Below are positions 1 through 9,744 of a DNA stretch of 64,000 nucleotides, piece by piece. This stretch comes from a virus. Its lineage: Duplodnaviria; Caudoviricetes. Made by a program: the position numbers and the translations under genes. The notes beneath the pieces are model-generated. The model was not told the DNA's origin, ran no database searches, and was given only the letters and a program-made list of their open reading frames with translations. How positions within the stretch are numbered: position 1 is the stretch's first letter; each line of letters starts with the position of its first letter. Where the stretch lies: the IMG/VR virus record IMGVR_UViG_3300009678_001573, positions 31,907 through 95,906 of that record, one strand, 5' to 3'.

Positions 1-2
1 CC

Positions 3-605
3 GCAGTTCCTACAACATCCTCCGGAGATGCATTATTTTGTGCAGCAGGCGGAAAAACGATTTTGTTTAGCCAATGTTATATTGGAGGGTTCAGACGTAT
101 TTTAATGGCCGGACCATCCAATACTCCTCCAGGTTTAAGCATATCTTCAGTTGTCTTTGATAAGATGTGGCAATTTGGGCTTTTTCTACAAAATGGAATT
201 CCAATATTTGCTCAACACAATTCGTCCGGAGTATATTCTACGTTTCGCGATATAGGTGGTACAGCAATATATTTACAGCGCAATTGTCATTTTAGCCCAG
301 GCACTACTCAAACCATAGATATAAAATTTGAAGGCCAGGGAGCCTTTCCTTGTTTATTATTGGAACAGGGTTCTTCATGTATTATAGAAGCCGGCATAGG
401 CTTACAAAATGGTGCTACATCAAATGCTGATGTAGGAATTCAATTGTCAGGCCCACACAATAGATTAATATTAAATAGCTCTACTAATGTTAGCGGTACT
501 AATGGAGAAGTAAGGTTCTCTGATAATAGTGTCAGATTTTATGCCGATATTAAAGACGCCGGCCCGTTTATAGACACCTCGCTTAACTTTGCACAGAAAG
601 CCTAA
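3..605 (+). CDS. C-terminal part of a probable virion fibre/spike protein (5' end lies outside the window)
   Basis: The frame is open from position 3 (AVPTTSSGDALFCAAGGKTILFSQC...), so the TTG start at 63 is probably internal. The G/S/N/I-rich composition is beta-solenoid-like and the gene sits directly upstream of a giant fibre gene. Confidence 0.5.
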   Translation, partial: AVPTTSSGDALFCAAGGKTILFSQCYIGGFRRILMAGPSNTPPGLSISSVVFDKMWQFGLFLQNGIPIFAQHNSSGVYSTFRDIGGTAIYLQRNCHFSPGTTQTIDIKFEGQGAFPCLLLEQGSSCIIEAGIGLQNGATSNADVGIQLSGPHNRLILNSSTNVSGTNGEVRFSDNSVRFYADIKDAGPFIDTSLNFAQKA

Positions 606-616
606 TAGGAAATGAG

Positions 617-3600
617 ATGACCTTATTTATAGGACAACAAAAATTCGAAGGTATAAAAATTGGTGACCAACTACTCACCGATACCCTGGACGGCTATGGC
701 ACGACTATTGATGAACATCATCAACAGCAAGAACAAATTAACCAAACTATAATTCAGGCCCTAGATGGTTATGCACTTGCTCCCGAAGTGGGCTCCGGTG
801 CCGATGGATATGTAGCCTTCTTTACTGGAACAAGTTCTGTTGCCGGTGATAATGATTTATTCTGGGATAGAGAAGGTAATAGGCTTGGAATAGGTACTTC
901 TACACCAACATCTAAATTACAAGTAGTTGGAAATGCTTCTGTGCGAGCTGTCGGTGGTTCCTCTGGAAGTGAACAATTTGGAGAAAATGCCTCAGCAAGT
1001 GCGACAAACTCAACAGCTATAGGTAGTTCAACTATCGCATCTGGATCAACCTCGTTAGCCGTAGGTAGAGAGGCAGAAGCAATAGCATCTGGTGTTATAT
1101 CAATCGGTTATCAGGCTAATTCTGGTATTGTTGGCGTGAGTACCGGCAGTATGGCAATTGGTAGATTTACTCAAACTCCAGCAATTCAAGCTACAGCAAT
1201 TGCTGATGGCGCATTTGCTATGAGTAATGGCTCACTTGCCATAGGGGTAAATGCAGGCACCGGATATACTGATAATACAAAAACACACCAAACTGTTGTG
1301 GGCAATGGAGCGCGCGCCGCAAGTCACCGTAGTACCGCTATAGGTATCGCAGCTGCTGCAGGAGATACAAATGTTGATGCTACAAGTGCAATAGCTATTG
1401 GAGATACGTCTAAATCTGATGGTGTTAATAGTATTGCTCTGGGAACATCTGCATCTGCTACAAAATCAAACGCATTCGCTATAGGTGCCTCTGCCGTAAC
1501 ATCCGCCGATAACCAAGGCATATTTGGCAATTCTATTACTCCAATCAATCTTGTTAATTTTGGAAGTATGGCATTAGGAACACCATCTACTGCTCAAAAC
1601 TTTAAATTAGAAGTCGCCGGGGATGTCGGGCCAAATGTAGATGATGCTTATAGCTTGGGTTCAGAAACTTTTAGGTGGAAGGATGGTTATTTTGGGCCAG
1701 GCTCACTTCATATAATTTCAACGGCTGCTGAAAATAATTCCGGCTTTACTAGAGATTGGGTTTTAGGCACCAACGATACTGGCGGCATTGCTATTAAAAC
1801 CTCTGGTGCTTCTAAACTTTCATTTAATTCTAATTCTAATACTTGGTTCTCTTCGGGTAATTTTTCTTCCAGAGAGCCCGGTGGGGCTTCTAACAGCGAA
1901 CAATTTGGTGAATTAGCCATAGCTTCTGGCACTGATTCTACAGCCGTAGGTAGAGGCGCAACCGCAAATAATACTTCAACTACCGCTATTGGTAGTGGTG
2001 CTCAAGCAACATCTGCTGCAAATAATACTGCTATTGGACAAAATGCTCAAGCAGTTAATTCTGGTGATTCTACAGTTATAGGCATGTCGGCTTTAGCTAA
2101 TGGCGGCGATGGTGTAGCAGTAGGGCGCTCTGCACAAGCAACAGCTAATAGAGCAGTGGCTATTGGTAGAAATTCTGTAAGCTCTCAATCAGAGGCTACA
2201 GCACTTGGTTATGGTTCTGCTGCGCAACAAGTGCAGGCAGTAGGCATTGGCGCTTTTTCAAATGCAAATCAAATTGGGGCTACTGCTATAGGTGCTTTAG
2301 CTACAGCGACTGGTACAGGTGCCGTTTCAATTGGTTCAAGTGCCGGCGCAAGTGTAACCAATGGTATAGCAATCGGCTCATCAACTACCGCCGCAGCAAC
2401 CAATACGGTCATAATGGGAGCAGCAGTTTCTACAACTTCTGGTGCTACAAATGCAACAGTTATAGGCAAACCTGTTGGTACTGTTAGTAGCGCCGATGTT
2501 ACTTCTTTAGGTCATAATACCACTATTACTGGTGCACGAATTACTGTCATAGGCCACAACGCTATTGCTCAAAACGATGATGTTACTGCTATTGGTCGCG
2601 GGACTCAAGTTACTGGCCTACAGAGTACTTCTTTGGGCAGTAGTACAGTTGCTACAGGCGCTTCCGCTGTTTCTGTAGGTTTCGGAGCATCATCTACTGG
2701 ATCAGCAAATACTGCAATAGGGCACAACTCAGTTACTGGTTCTAGCGGAAGCAATACTGCTATAGGTAAAAGCGCCCAAGCTGGCGGAGATAATGCAGTA
2801 GCTGTCGGTGAAACAGCAATAGCTACTGCTGTTCGCGCTATAGCTGTAGGTGCTGATGCAAGTGCAGCAAGTACAAATAGTATAGCTATAGGCCAGGGCG
2901 CCTCTGCAGGCCCACTGGGTACCAATGCTAATTGCATAGCGATTGGATTCGGAACTCAAGCAAATGGAGCTAATGGAGCTACCGCCGTTGGCAGTACCGC
3001 TACCGCTTCTGCTGCTCAAAGTACTGCCCTAGGAAAAGACACCCTAGCCAATCAAACAAATGCAACAGCAGTTGGTTATTCGGCCGACGCAACCGGTGGT
3101 GATTCAACCGCATTAGGCTCTCAATCCACTGCTTCTTCTTCTGGCACAACTGCTTTTGGTTCGTCAGCTACAGCATCTGGTTCTAATTCTACTGCGATTG
3201 GTGCAACTACAAATGCCACTAATACCTCTACTGTTTGTATTGGTGCATCTTCTCGTGCTGCTGGCAGTGCTTCATTGGCTATAGGTCAAAATGCACAAGC
3301 ACAAACTGGAGCAGATAATACCATCCTAATAGGACAGGGTATTCAGACTACTAATCCAAGTGCTGTTGCTATCGGCTCAAGTATAGGAAGTAATATAGGA
3401 AGTAATTCAATTGCCATAGGAACCTCGTCTAATGCTAACGCCTTAACTTCTGTGGCAATAGGTACAGGTGCTACGGCCAATACAGCACACTCAGTGGCTC
3501 TGGGCGCAAGTTCTGTTGCAACCGGCACGAATGGCTCAACTGCGCTTGGTCGTGATGCCCAAGCAACTGGAGCTGATTCTACATCAATTGGTCATGGCCC

Positions 3601-6600
3601 AATAGTTCAGGCAACAAACGCTGTTGTAGTTTCTAGTGCATCTATGACCGTCACTTCTGCTGGTAGCGCAAGTACCATAGTTGGTAAAACTACTGGTTCT
3701 GTATCAGCAGCAAGTGTCACTGGTGTCGGTCATAATATTAATATCGGAACTGGTGTTGCTGAAACAACCGCTATCGGTGCTGGGGCTACGGCAACAGTTG
3801 CTAATTCTACCGCTGTGGGTTCTGGTGCTAATGCCGGCGGGACCAATGGAACCACTGCCATCGGTAGAGGAGCTACAGCAACAGGTTCTGACTCATTAGC
3901 GGTTGGAACTGGCGCAACAGCCAATTCAACTAGTACCACAGCAGTGGGCGATGGTGCTTCAGCTACTGGCTCTAGTTCAACTGCTATTGGACAAACTGCT
4001 CTAGCTAATCAGCCATCTACTGTAGCTATCGGGCAGAATGCTAGAGCCCAAGCTGCTGGTGGTGTTTCGGTAGGCGCTGGTACAAATATTACTGGCTCAG
4101 TAACAGATGCGGTCGCTATTGGTCTCGCATCTTCTGTATCAGCCTCTGGCGGTATTGCCATGGGCTCAGGCTCATCCGTTACTTCTGCTGCAACTGGTGG
4201 GTCTGTCGTAATTGGTTTAAGTGCATCTGCCTCAAAGGCAAACTCGATTGGTATAGGCGCTGGTGTCGGAACAGATGACTCTGTTGTGGTGGGTGTCAGT
4301 GCCAGCTCATTTGGTACCGGCGCAAGCAATGTAATTATAGGAAAAAGCGCTACTAATGGTGGATTAAGTTCATCGGTGGTTTCTATTGGAGCATTTTCCC
4401 AGGCCACAGCATCCAATTCTGTAGCTCTGGGAGCATCATCATCTGTCACTGGTGCAGGCTCAATTGCAATAGGAAATAATGCCAATACTTTTGCCTTTAC
4501 TAATTCTTTAGCTATTGGTAATGGATCAGTTGTTTTGGCAAATAATACTGGAACAATAGGAAACCCTAATTCTCCAATTGATTTATATACTTTTGGTAAG
4601 TTCGGCGTAGGAATTTCTCCAAGTGCTTTGTTTAATTTTAATATTGAGTCCGCTGGTGATATTGGGCCTAATGTAGATGATGCGTATAGTCTTGGTTCCG
4701 AAGCATTTAGGTGGCGAGATGGATATTTTGGCCCCGGCACTCTACATTTTAGACAAAATTCGGATGAAAATGATTTTGGTGTAGAGCGAGATTGGAACTT
4801 TGGAATTAATTCTTCTGGCGATTTAACTATTCGTCAAGATGATATGGTTTATGCTAAATTTAGTCATGATCGTCCAATAAGTCTTGGTACCCAGGCAATA
4901 ACTTCGCGCGGCCTTGGTGCTGGTAGCGTAATAGTTGGAGGCCAGCTTGAAGTCGACGGTCGAATATGGGCAGATGGTGATATAACTACAACCACCCTAA
5001 CTACCACTGCTATATCTGGTGTCGGCGGCGTATTTTTTGCCAATTCACCATTCTTCTTCTCATCTGGAGAACAATCAGTTGGGTTGGCATTAAATCAAAC
5101 ATTTGATCAATTTGTATTTGCCACTAATGCCCTATCAGGAAGGGCAGTAGTATTTACAGATGTATCAAATTATACCAAAGATCACGATCATGATATCCAG
5201 GGAAATCCGGCCATATTTATACACAGCATTACAGATGTAGATGTAGATAATTCGCAATGGTTAGGTTTTTATCACGATACAACTAAAGCTAATATCGAAA
5301 CTGGTTTAGGTTCCATCTCACTTGCCCCATACGATGGTTATGTATTACCCGCAGCGGACGATGCTTATTCAATAGGCTCTCCATCATTGCGCTGGAAAGA
5401 TATATGGTTGGGTCCAGGTACATTGCATTTTAAACAAAATACTTCTGAGAGCGATACTGGCTTAGAGCGCGATTGGACTATGGGAATAGATAGTTCTGGT
5501 GGCTTTAGGGTAAGACAATCAGAAGAACATCATATGCTTCTTAAGACAGATGGCACTAATAATGTTATATTTGGTAAAACCATTAGTACGGTATTTGGAA
5601 GTAACATTACTTCAATTGGTTTTGGTACAAATGTCGGATCAAGTATTTCTAATGCTACAGCGGTTGGTCAAGGTGCACAAGCTACAAACTCATTTGCAAC
5701 GGCAATGGGCGTTAGTTCCAATGCAACCACCAATTGTGTTGCCATGGGTGGTGGCGCTGCAGCCTCAGTAGCATCTAGTGTTGCTATTGGCTTCTCTTCT
5801 ACAAGTTCTGGTGGAAATTCAACTGCAGTCGGTGCATCTGCATCTGCTACAGGTTCTAATGCAACATCATATGGCTCTTCTGCTGTTGCAGGTGGCACTA
5901 GTGCTGTTTCAGTAGGATTTCAATCTCAAGCTAATATATCAAATGCTATTGCCATAGGCAACACTAACGTAATAGGTTCTGGTGGTGGTATTGCTATAGG
6001 AAACAATCTTACCTTTAGTTCTGGTACTTCTAATAGCATAATTATTGGAACACTTGGTGGTACCCTTACTGGCGCAAGTAATACCTCTATTGGTATAGGT
6101 AATACTGTTGGCACTGGTATAGCAAATGTTACGGCCATAGGAGCTTCATCAACGGCTAATGCAACAGATGCCACAGCGGTTGGTCAGGGTTCATCAGCAG
6201 CAGCAGCTAGTGCTTTAGCAGTAGGTAAGAGTGCCTCGGCAGCTGGTACAAATACTACGGCAATTGGCGCTAATACTATAACCACAAGCGGTGTAAATCA
6301 TACGGCGGTGGGTAAAGGTGCTACAGCCTCCAATGTTAATGATAATAATACAGCCATTGGTTATAATGCAATTGCTACAGGTGGACACTCGATAGCAATT
6401 GGTGCTTCATCTAATGCTTTGGCCGGCTCAAATGATTCTATAGCAATAGGTTATAATTCATCGAATAGTTCTTCTGATTCTGTACTTCTTGGTAATAATG
6501 CAACCATTGGTGCTTCCTTTACGGGTGCAATAGCAATTGGTGCCTCCTCTTCTGCCTCTGGAGCTGATACCATTGCCATTGGCCGTTCTTCTGGTGGCGG

Positions 6601-7483
6601 TGCTGGGGCCGTAGTTATCGGAGCAGGAACTGTTGGAACCGGAGCCAGAACTGTCAACATAGGTAATGGAACAGCGAACGGTTCAACTGATGCTATTACT
6701 ATAGGATATACTTCTCAAAGCGCTGCCAATGAAAGTGTAACAATTGGTGTAAATTCGTTAACTACTAGTAGTACTGGTAATGGTACTGGTTCAATGGCTA
6801 TCGGCTCGGGTGCGCAATCTGATGGTGGCGGTATAGCAATTGGAAAAGATGCTATAGCAAACAATACTAGCTCTGGTAGCAGGTCTATTGCTATAGGTTA
6901 TGGCGCCACTACTGGTACATTTACTAGTGCTTTAGCTATAGGTAATGGTGCTTCTGCTACTGGAAATAATAATGGACAAATTGGAACTATAGCTAATCCA
7001 ATAAACCTAAATCTTCATGGTTCATTGACATTAGATGGATATCTTTCAACCAGTTCTGGTGATTTATTTCTTACGCCGACAAGTGGAAGGGTGGTGCCAG
7101 GAGCTACTACAGAAGGCCTAGGTAATGCTGATAATCGTTGGTTAGATGGATATTTTGTTGATTTAAATACAAAGGGCTTGGTATATGGAATAGTTAATAT
7201 TGAAAGTTCTGATTCTCCATATTTAGCAAGAGAGGATGATTATACTATAATTTGCGATGGTACTATCGGAGTTATTACCATATTATTACCAGGTGCCGGC
7301 GGAAGTAATATTGGCAGAATATATAATATTAAAAAAATAGATGCTATAAGTACAATTACTGTTCAAGCATCTGGATTAGAAAACATCGATGGTATAAATT
7401 TTATTACTCTAACTACCCAATATCAATCAAGGCAAATACAAAGTGATGGCAATAATTGGCATATCATAGGAGGATTGCTCTAA
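617..7483 (+). CDS. giant tail fibre / adhesin-like virion protein (2288 aa) with YadA-head-type repeats
   Basis: It carries on the order of 100 ~14-aa repeats of the type A.A.G.xSTAIG (YadA_head/Hep_Hag-like), the phage fibre motif RLGIGTSTPTSKLQVVG, three PxxDDAYSLGS..RW modules and a C-terminal fibre domain (TILLP...GRIYNIKKID...IDG...SDGNNW). No signal peptide or autotransporter barrel. SD-like AGGA upstream. Confidence 0.8.
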   Translation: MTLFIGQQKFEGIKIGDQLLTDTLDGYGTTIDEHHQQQEQINQTIIQALDGYALAPEVGSGADGYVAFFTGTSSVAGDNDLFWDREGNRLGIGTSTPTSKLQVVGNASVRAVGGSSGSEQFGENASASATNSTAIGSSTIASGSTSLAVGREAEAIASGVISIGYQANSGIVGVSTGSMAIGRFTQTPAIQATAIADGAFAMSNGSLAIGVNAGTGYTDNTKTHQTVVGNGARAASHRSTAIGIAAAAGDTNVDATSAIAIGDTSKSDGVNSIALGTSASATKSNAFAIGASAVTSADNQGIFGNSITPINLVNFGSMALGTPSTAQNFKLEVAGDVGPNVDDAYSLGSETFRWKDGYFGPGSLHIISTAAENNSGFTRDWVLGTNDTGGIAIKTSGASKLSFNSNSNTWFSSGNFSSREPGGASNSEQFGELAIASGTDSTAVGRGATANNTSTTAIGSGAQATSAANNTAIGQNAQAVNSGDSTVIGMSALANGGDGVAVGRSAQATANRAVAIGRNSVSSQSEATALGYGSAAQQVQAVGIGAFSNANQIGATAIGALATATGTGAVSIGSSAGASVTNGIAIGSSTTAAATNTVIMGAAVSTTSGATNATVIGKPVGTVSSADVTSLGHNTTITGARITVIGHNAIAQNDDVTAIGRGTQVTGLQSTSLGSSTVATGASAVSVGFGASSTGSANTAIGHNSVTGSSGSNTAIGKSAQAGGDNAVAVGETAIATAVRAIAVGADASAASTNSIAIGQGASAGPLGTNANCIAIGFGTQANGANGATAVGSTATASAAQSTALGKDTLANQTNATAVGYSADATGGDSTALGSQSTASSSGTTAFGSSATASGSNSTAIGATTNATNTSTVCIGASSRAAGSASLAIGQNAQAQTGADNTILIGQGIQTTNPSAVAIGSSIGSNIGSNSIAIGTSSNANALTSVAIGTGATANTAHSVALGASSVATGTNGSTALGRDAQATGADSTSIGHGPIVQATNAVVVSSASMTVTSAGSASTIVGKTTGSVSAASVTGVGHNINIGTGVAETTAIGAGATATVANSTAVGSGANAGGTNGTTAIGRGATATGSDSLAVGTGATANSTSTTAVGDGASATGSSSTAIGQTALANQPSTVAIGQNARAQAAGGVSVGAGTNITGSVTDAVAIGLASSVSASGGIAMGSGSSVTSAATGGSVVIGLSASASKANSIGIGAGVGTDDSVVVGVSASSFGTGASNVIIGKSATNGGLSSSVVSIGAFSQATASNSVALGASSSVTGAGSIAIGNNANTFAFTNSLAIGNGSVVLANNTGTIGNPNSPIDLYTFGKFGVGISPSALFNFNIESAGDIGPNVDDAYSLGSEAFRWRDGYFGPGTLHFRQNSDENDFGVERDWNFGINSSGDLTIRQDDMVYAKFSHDRPISLGTQAITSRGLGAGSVIVGGQLEVDGRIWADGDITTTTLTTTAISGVGGVFFANSPFFFSSGEQSVGLALNQTFDQFVFATNALSGRAVVFTDVSNYTKDHDHDIQGNPAIFIHSITDVDVDNSQWLGFYHDTTKANIETGLGSISLAPYDGYVLPAADDAYSIGSPSLRWKDIWLGPGTLHFKQNTSESDTGLERDWTMGIDSSGGFRVRQSEEHHMLLKTDGTNNVIFGKTISTVFGSNITSIGFGTNVGSSISNATAVGQGAQATNSFATAMGVSSNATTNCVAMGGGAAASVASSVAIGFSSTSSGGNSTAVGASASATGSNATSYGSSAVAGGTSAVSVGFQSQANISNAIAIGNTNVIGSGGGIAIGNNLTFSSGTSNSIIIGTLGGTLTGASNTSIGIGNTVGTGIANVTAIGASSTANATDATAVGQGSSAAAASALAVGKSASAAGTNTTAIGANTITTSGVNHTAVGKGATASNVNDNNTAIGYNAIATGGHSIAIGASSNALAGSNDSIAIGYNSSNSSSDSVLLGNNATIGASFTGAIAIGASSSASGADTIAIGRSSGGGAGAVVIGAGTVGTGARTVNIGNGTANGSTDAITIGYTSQSAANESVTIGVNSLTTSSTGNGTGSMAIGSGAQSDGGGIAIGKDAIANNTSSGSRSIAIGYGATTGTFTSALAIGNGASATGNNNGQIGTIANPINLNLHGSLTLDGYLSTSSGDLFLTPTSGRVVPGATTEGLGNADNRWLDGYFVDLNTKGLVYGIVNIESSDSPYLAREDDYTIICDGTIGVITILLPGAGGSNIGRIYNIKKIDAISTITVQASGLENIDGINFITLTTQYQSRQIQSDGNNWHIIGGLL
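1619..5476 (+). repeat. three dispersed copies (~1619-1759, ~4655-4795, ~5345-5476) of a ~45-aa connector module inside the YadA-like fibre
   Basis: The consensus PxxDDAYS(L/I)GSxxxRW(K/R)DxxxGPGxLH...ExxxGxxRDW is visible three times. Copies 1 and 2 differ mostly at third codon positions. Confidence 0.8.
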
Positions 7484-7863
7484 TGGTTGACGGACCTAAC
7501 ATATGGGATGTGGGAGAAGGTATTCCAATTGAAATATTTATTGGTGATCCCAATACGGGCGCAGGAGTATCTGGGCAAACTGCATTTATTACGCTAACTA
7601 TTCAGAGAGACTTGGACAATAGATTTTGGTCTGGCGCTGGCTGGGTTGTTCCTAGGACTACAGTTTCTGTGGTTGAAGAGGATGCAACTAATGAGCCGGG
7701 GCATTATACCTATCTACTTTCTAGTACTGCTAATGCCGCAGCTACTAGATATGTTGCTCATGTGCTTATTGATAATCCACCAATGTTCGAATCAGTGTCA
7801 GCTTATGAAGTTCATGTTTCAAGAGTAACCGACGTGAAAGTATATGAGTCTGAGCCAGTTTAA
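7483..7863 (+). CDS. small virion-associated Ig-like protein (~126 aa)
   Basis: The ATG at 7483 overlaps the upstream stop (TAATG) and has AGGAGG at 7468-7473. The EDATNEPGHYTY pattern resembles small beta-sandwich phage structural domains. Confidence 0.55.
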   Translation: MVDGPNIWDVGEGIPIEIFIGDPNTGAGVSGQTAFITLTIQRDLDNRFWSGAGWVVPRTTVSVVEEDATNEPGHYTYLLSSTANAAATRYVAHVLIDNPPMFESVSAYEVHVSRVTDVKVYESEPV

Positions 7864-7874
7864 TAGGAGTCTAA

Positions 7875-9632
7875 ATGGCACGCAGTGGGCGAGCAGGGTC
7901 TATAATTACGCTAGGAGTTAAATTTTACTCCAATGGCACTTTATTCGATCCTTTTGAAATAGAAGATGTTCAAATCTTCAATGATGCGATATTGAGTTCT
8001 CCTTTGATAGCAGAACTTACTCCAGTTCGTGTGTCTGTTGGTTTTTATCAAATACAATTTGAGCCACTAGAAACTATTGCTCTCGGTACCTATTATGATG
8101 AATGGACTTGGACTGCTGAAGAGTTCATGGCCTCCAATACTCAAAGATATAGCTTTGAAATATTAGAGCCAAGTGAAGCTGAACCTATACCGGAGCCAGA
8201 AGCTATTGGTGTCGTAGTTTGCCTACGCCCGAGACCTGAATGGGTACATAGAATGGGACTTCGAGTTCTTGAAGACGTCGGCAATGGCATGGGCGTTCGT
8301 TTATCTTGGCAAGAAGCTATACCCGGTGAAGATGACAAACAAGTCCACTATAATATATATCATGCAACAAAACGAGTTGGCGTTTTTGAAGATCAATTTT
8401 TACCAAAAGCAGTTACTACAAATGTTGAGGCCATAATAAATATAACGCCAGGCAATTTACATTATTTTGCTGTTCGGGCAACTGAATTTGACCCAGCTCA
8501 ATTTAATATAGCGGAACTTACTCAAATTGGTGATGGAGTAGGTAGATATCCAGATATTACAACTCTAACCACTTCTATAGATGCATACGGTGAAGTCGTA
8601 GTTGGTGTGGAAAGCAATGAAAACTTTCCCAGTGCTGGATTTTTATTAATTGGCACTGAAATTTTACGATATACAAGTCTGGGCACCAATACTTTTAATG
8701 TACCGACTAACGGCAGAGGTAATGTTGGAACGGCCTTTGCCTCGCACGATGTTGGAGATGAAGTTCGTTTATGGCGCGGCGTAGAAGAAGGTAATTCCGT
8801 AATTCATAGTTATACAGCAGCCTGGATGCAAAATCATGACATCCCAGGCAGCGGATATGCCTATAATCCAGATCCGGCGGTACAAGGTGAGTTTAATGTT
8901 GCAGAAGATGGTTATCGAGAGAACGCAGAAGATATTGTAACTACTGATTTAAGTGCTTCGGATGCTAATACGGCCAACTTTTCTACTTTTGATTTTTGTG
9001 GTTACCATAGACCAAGTATCCAGGAGACCTTTAGCGGCCAATGTGTCGGTAGTTATGTCGGCGGCGAATTTAATGGCTCTAGAGGCTTCAACTTCCAAGA
9101 TCGTATTTTGTCTCAATTAGATGTTATGTTGCAAGTGACTGGGGAACCAGTAATTCTGTTAAGACGCAGACAAACAGGCCGTCGTTGCAGATGTGGTGCT
9201 TCTGACTTACGCAGAGAGCATCCAAGACAGAGATGCCCATACTGCTTCGGCACGGGCTTCGACGGCGGCTACGAGAGATTCTTTAATACCAGGGCTATAT
9301 CAGAGTTATTTGTAAATACTGCTGGTAGGATTATGATAAGAACTAATCCTTTCGTAGACGACCTAAAAATTGAGCAAAGTCAGGGTCTTGTACAGCCATC
9401 TGAATTAACGGCCTGGACTATAGTATTTCCAACTATTAAAGACCGCGATATAATAGTAAGATTTAATGAAAATGGAACAGAAGAGTTCAGATATGAGATA
9501 CTAGATGTGACCAGAAATAGACTTGTATTTGGCCAAAGCGGTAGGCAAGAATTTAGAATGCGCAGAATGGATAAAACAGATGTGGTCTATCAATATCCAG
9601 CTAATGATCCTGGCTTATTCGTAACAATCTAA
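7875..9632 (+). CDS. neck / head-closure-like protein with N-terminal Ig/FN3-like domains and a CxC...CxxC zinc finger
   Basis: The C-terminal QLDVMLQVTGEPVILLRR...RCRC...RCPYCFGTGFDGGY...PTIKDRDIIV..F....RYEILDV pattern matches head-tail joining proteins of large myoviruses. VRLSWQEA...YNIY...PGNLHYFAVRA is FN3-like. AGGAG SD. Confidence 0.65.
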   Translation: MARSGRAGSIITLGVKFYSNGTLFDPFEIEDVQIFNDAILSSPLIAELTPVRVSVGFYQIQFEPLETIALGTYYDEWTWTAEEFMASNTQRYSFEILEPSEAEPIPEPEAIGVVVCLRPRPEWVHRMGLRVLEDVGNGMGVRLSWQEAIPGEDDKQVHYNIYHATKRVGVFEDQFLPKAVTTNVEAIINITPGNLHYFAVRATEFDPAQFNIAELTQIGDGVGRYPDITTLTTSIDAYGEVVVGVESNENFPSAGFLLIGTEILRYTSLGTNTFNVPTNGRGNVGTAFASHDVGDEVRLWRGVEEGNSVIHSYTAAWMQNHDIPGSGYAYNPDPAVQGEFNVAEDGYRENAEDIVTTDLSASDANTANFSTFDFCGYHRPSIQETFSGQCVGSYVGGEFNGSRGFNFQDRILSQLDVMLQVTGEPVILLRRRQTGRRCRCGASDLRREHPRQRCPYCFGTGFDGGYERFFNTRAISELFVNTAGRIMIRTNPFVDDLKIEQSQGLVQPSELTAWTIVFPTIKDRDIIVRFNENGTEEFRYEILDVTRNRLVFGQSGRQEFRMRRMDKTDVVYQYPANDPGLFVTI

Positions 9633-9698
9633 TAATATTAACAATTTATGAGATTTTTCCATTTTTGGGCCGATAAGCTCCCAAATATACTAATATTT
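9626..9698 (+). promoter_or_regulatory. candidate phage late-promoter motif, two copies (9626-9640, 9684-9698)
   Basis: AATCTAATAATATTA and AATATACTAATATTT lie at and within the intergenic gap before gene 9745, and are near-identical to the copy upstream of the sheath gene. Confidence 0.4.
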
Positions 9699-9744
9699 TT
9701 GCTTAAATTGAATGCTAATTCTATCTAAACGGAGTGAGTAATTA

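Noticed and set aside
7456-7482. TTG start at 7456 for the small ORF
   Set aside because: The ATG at 7483 has an AGGAGG SD and overlaps the upstream stop, so it is the better start.
617-7483. Bacterial trimeric autotransporter adhesin
   Set aside because: There is no signal peptide and no C-terminal YadA anchor, and both termini are phage-fibre modules.
9664-9685. TTTGGG...CCCAAA inverted repeat as a terminator
   Set aside because: The stem is only 6 bp with a 10-nt loop and has no immediate U-tract.
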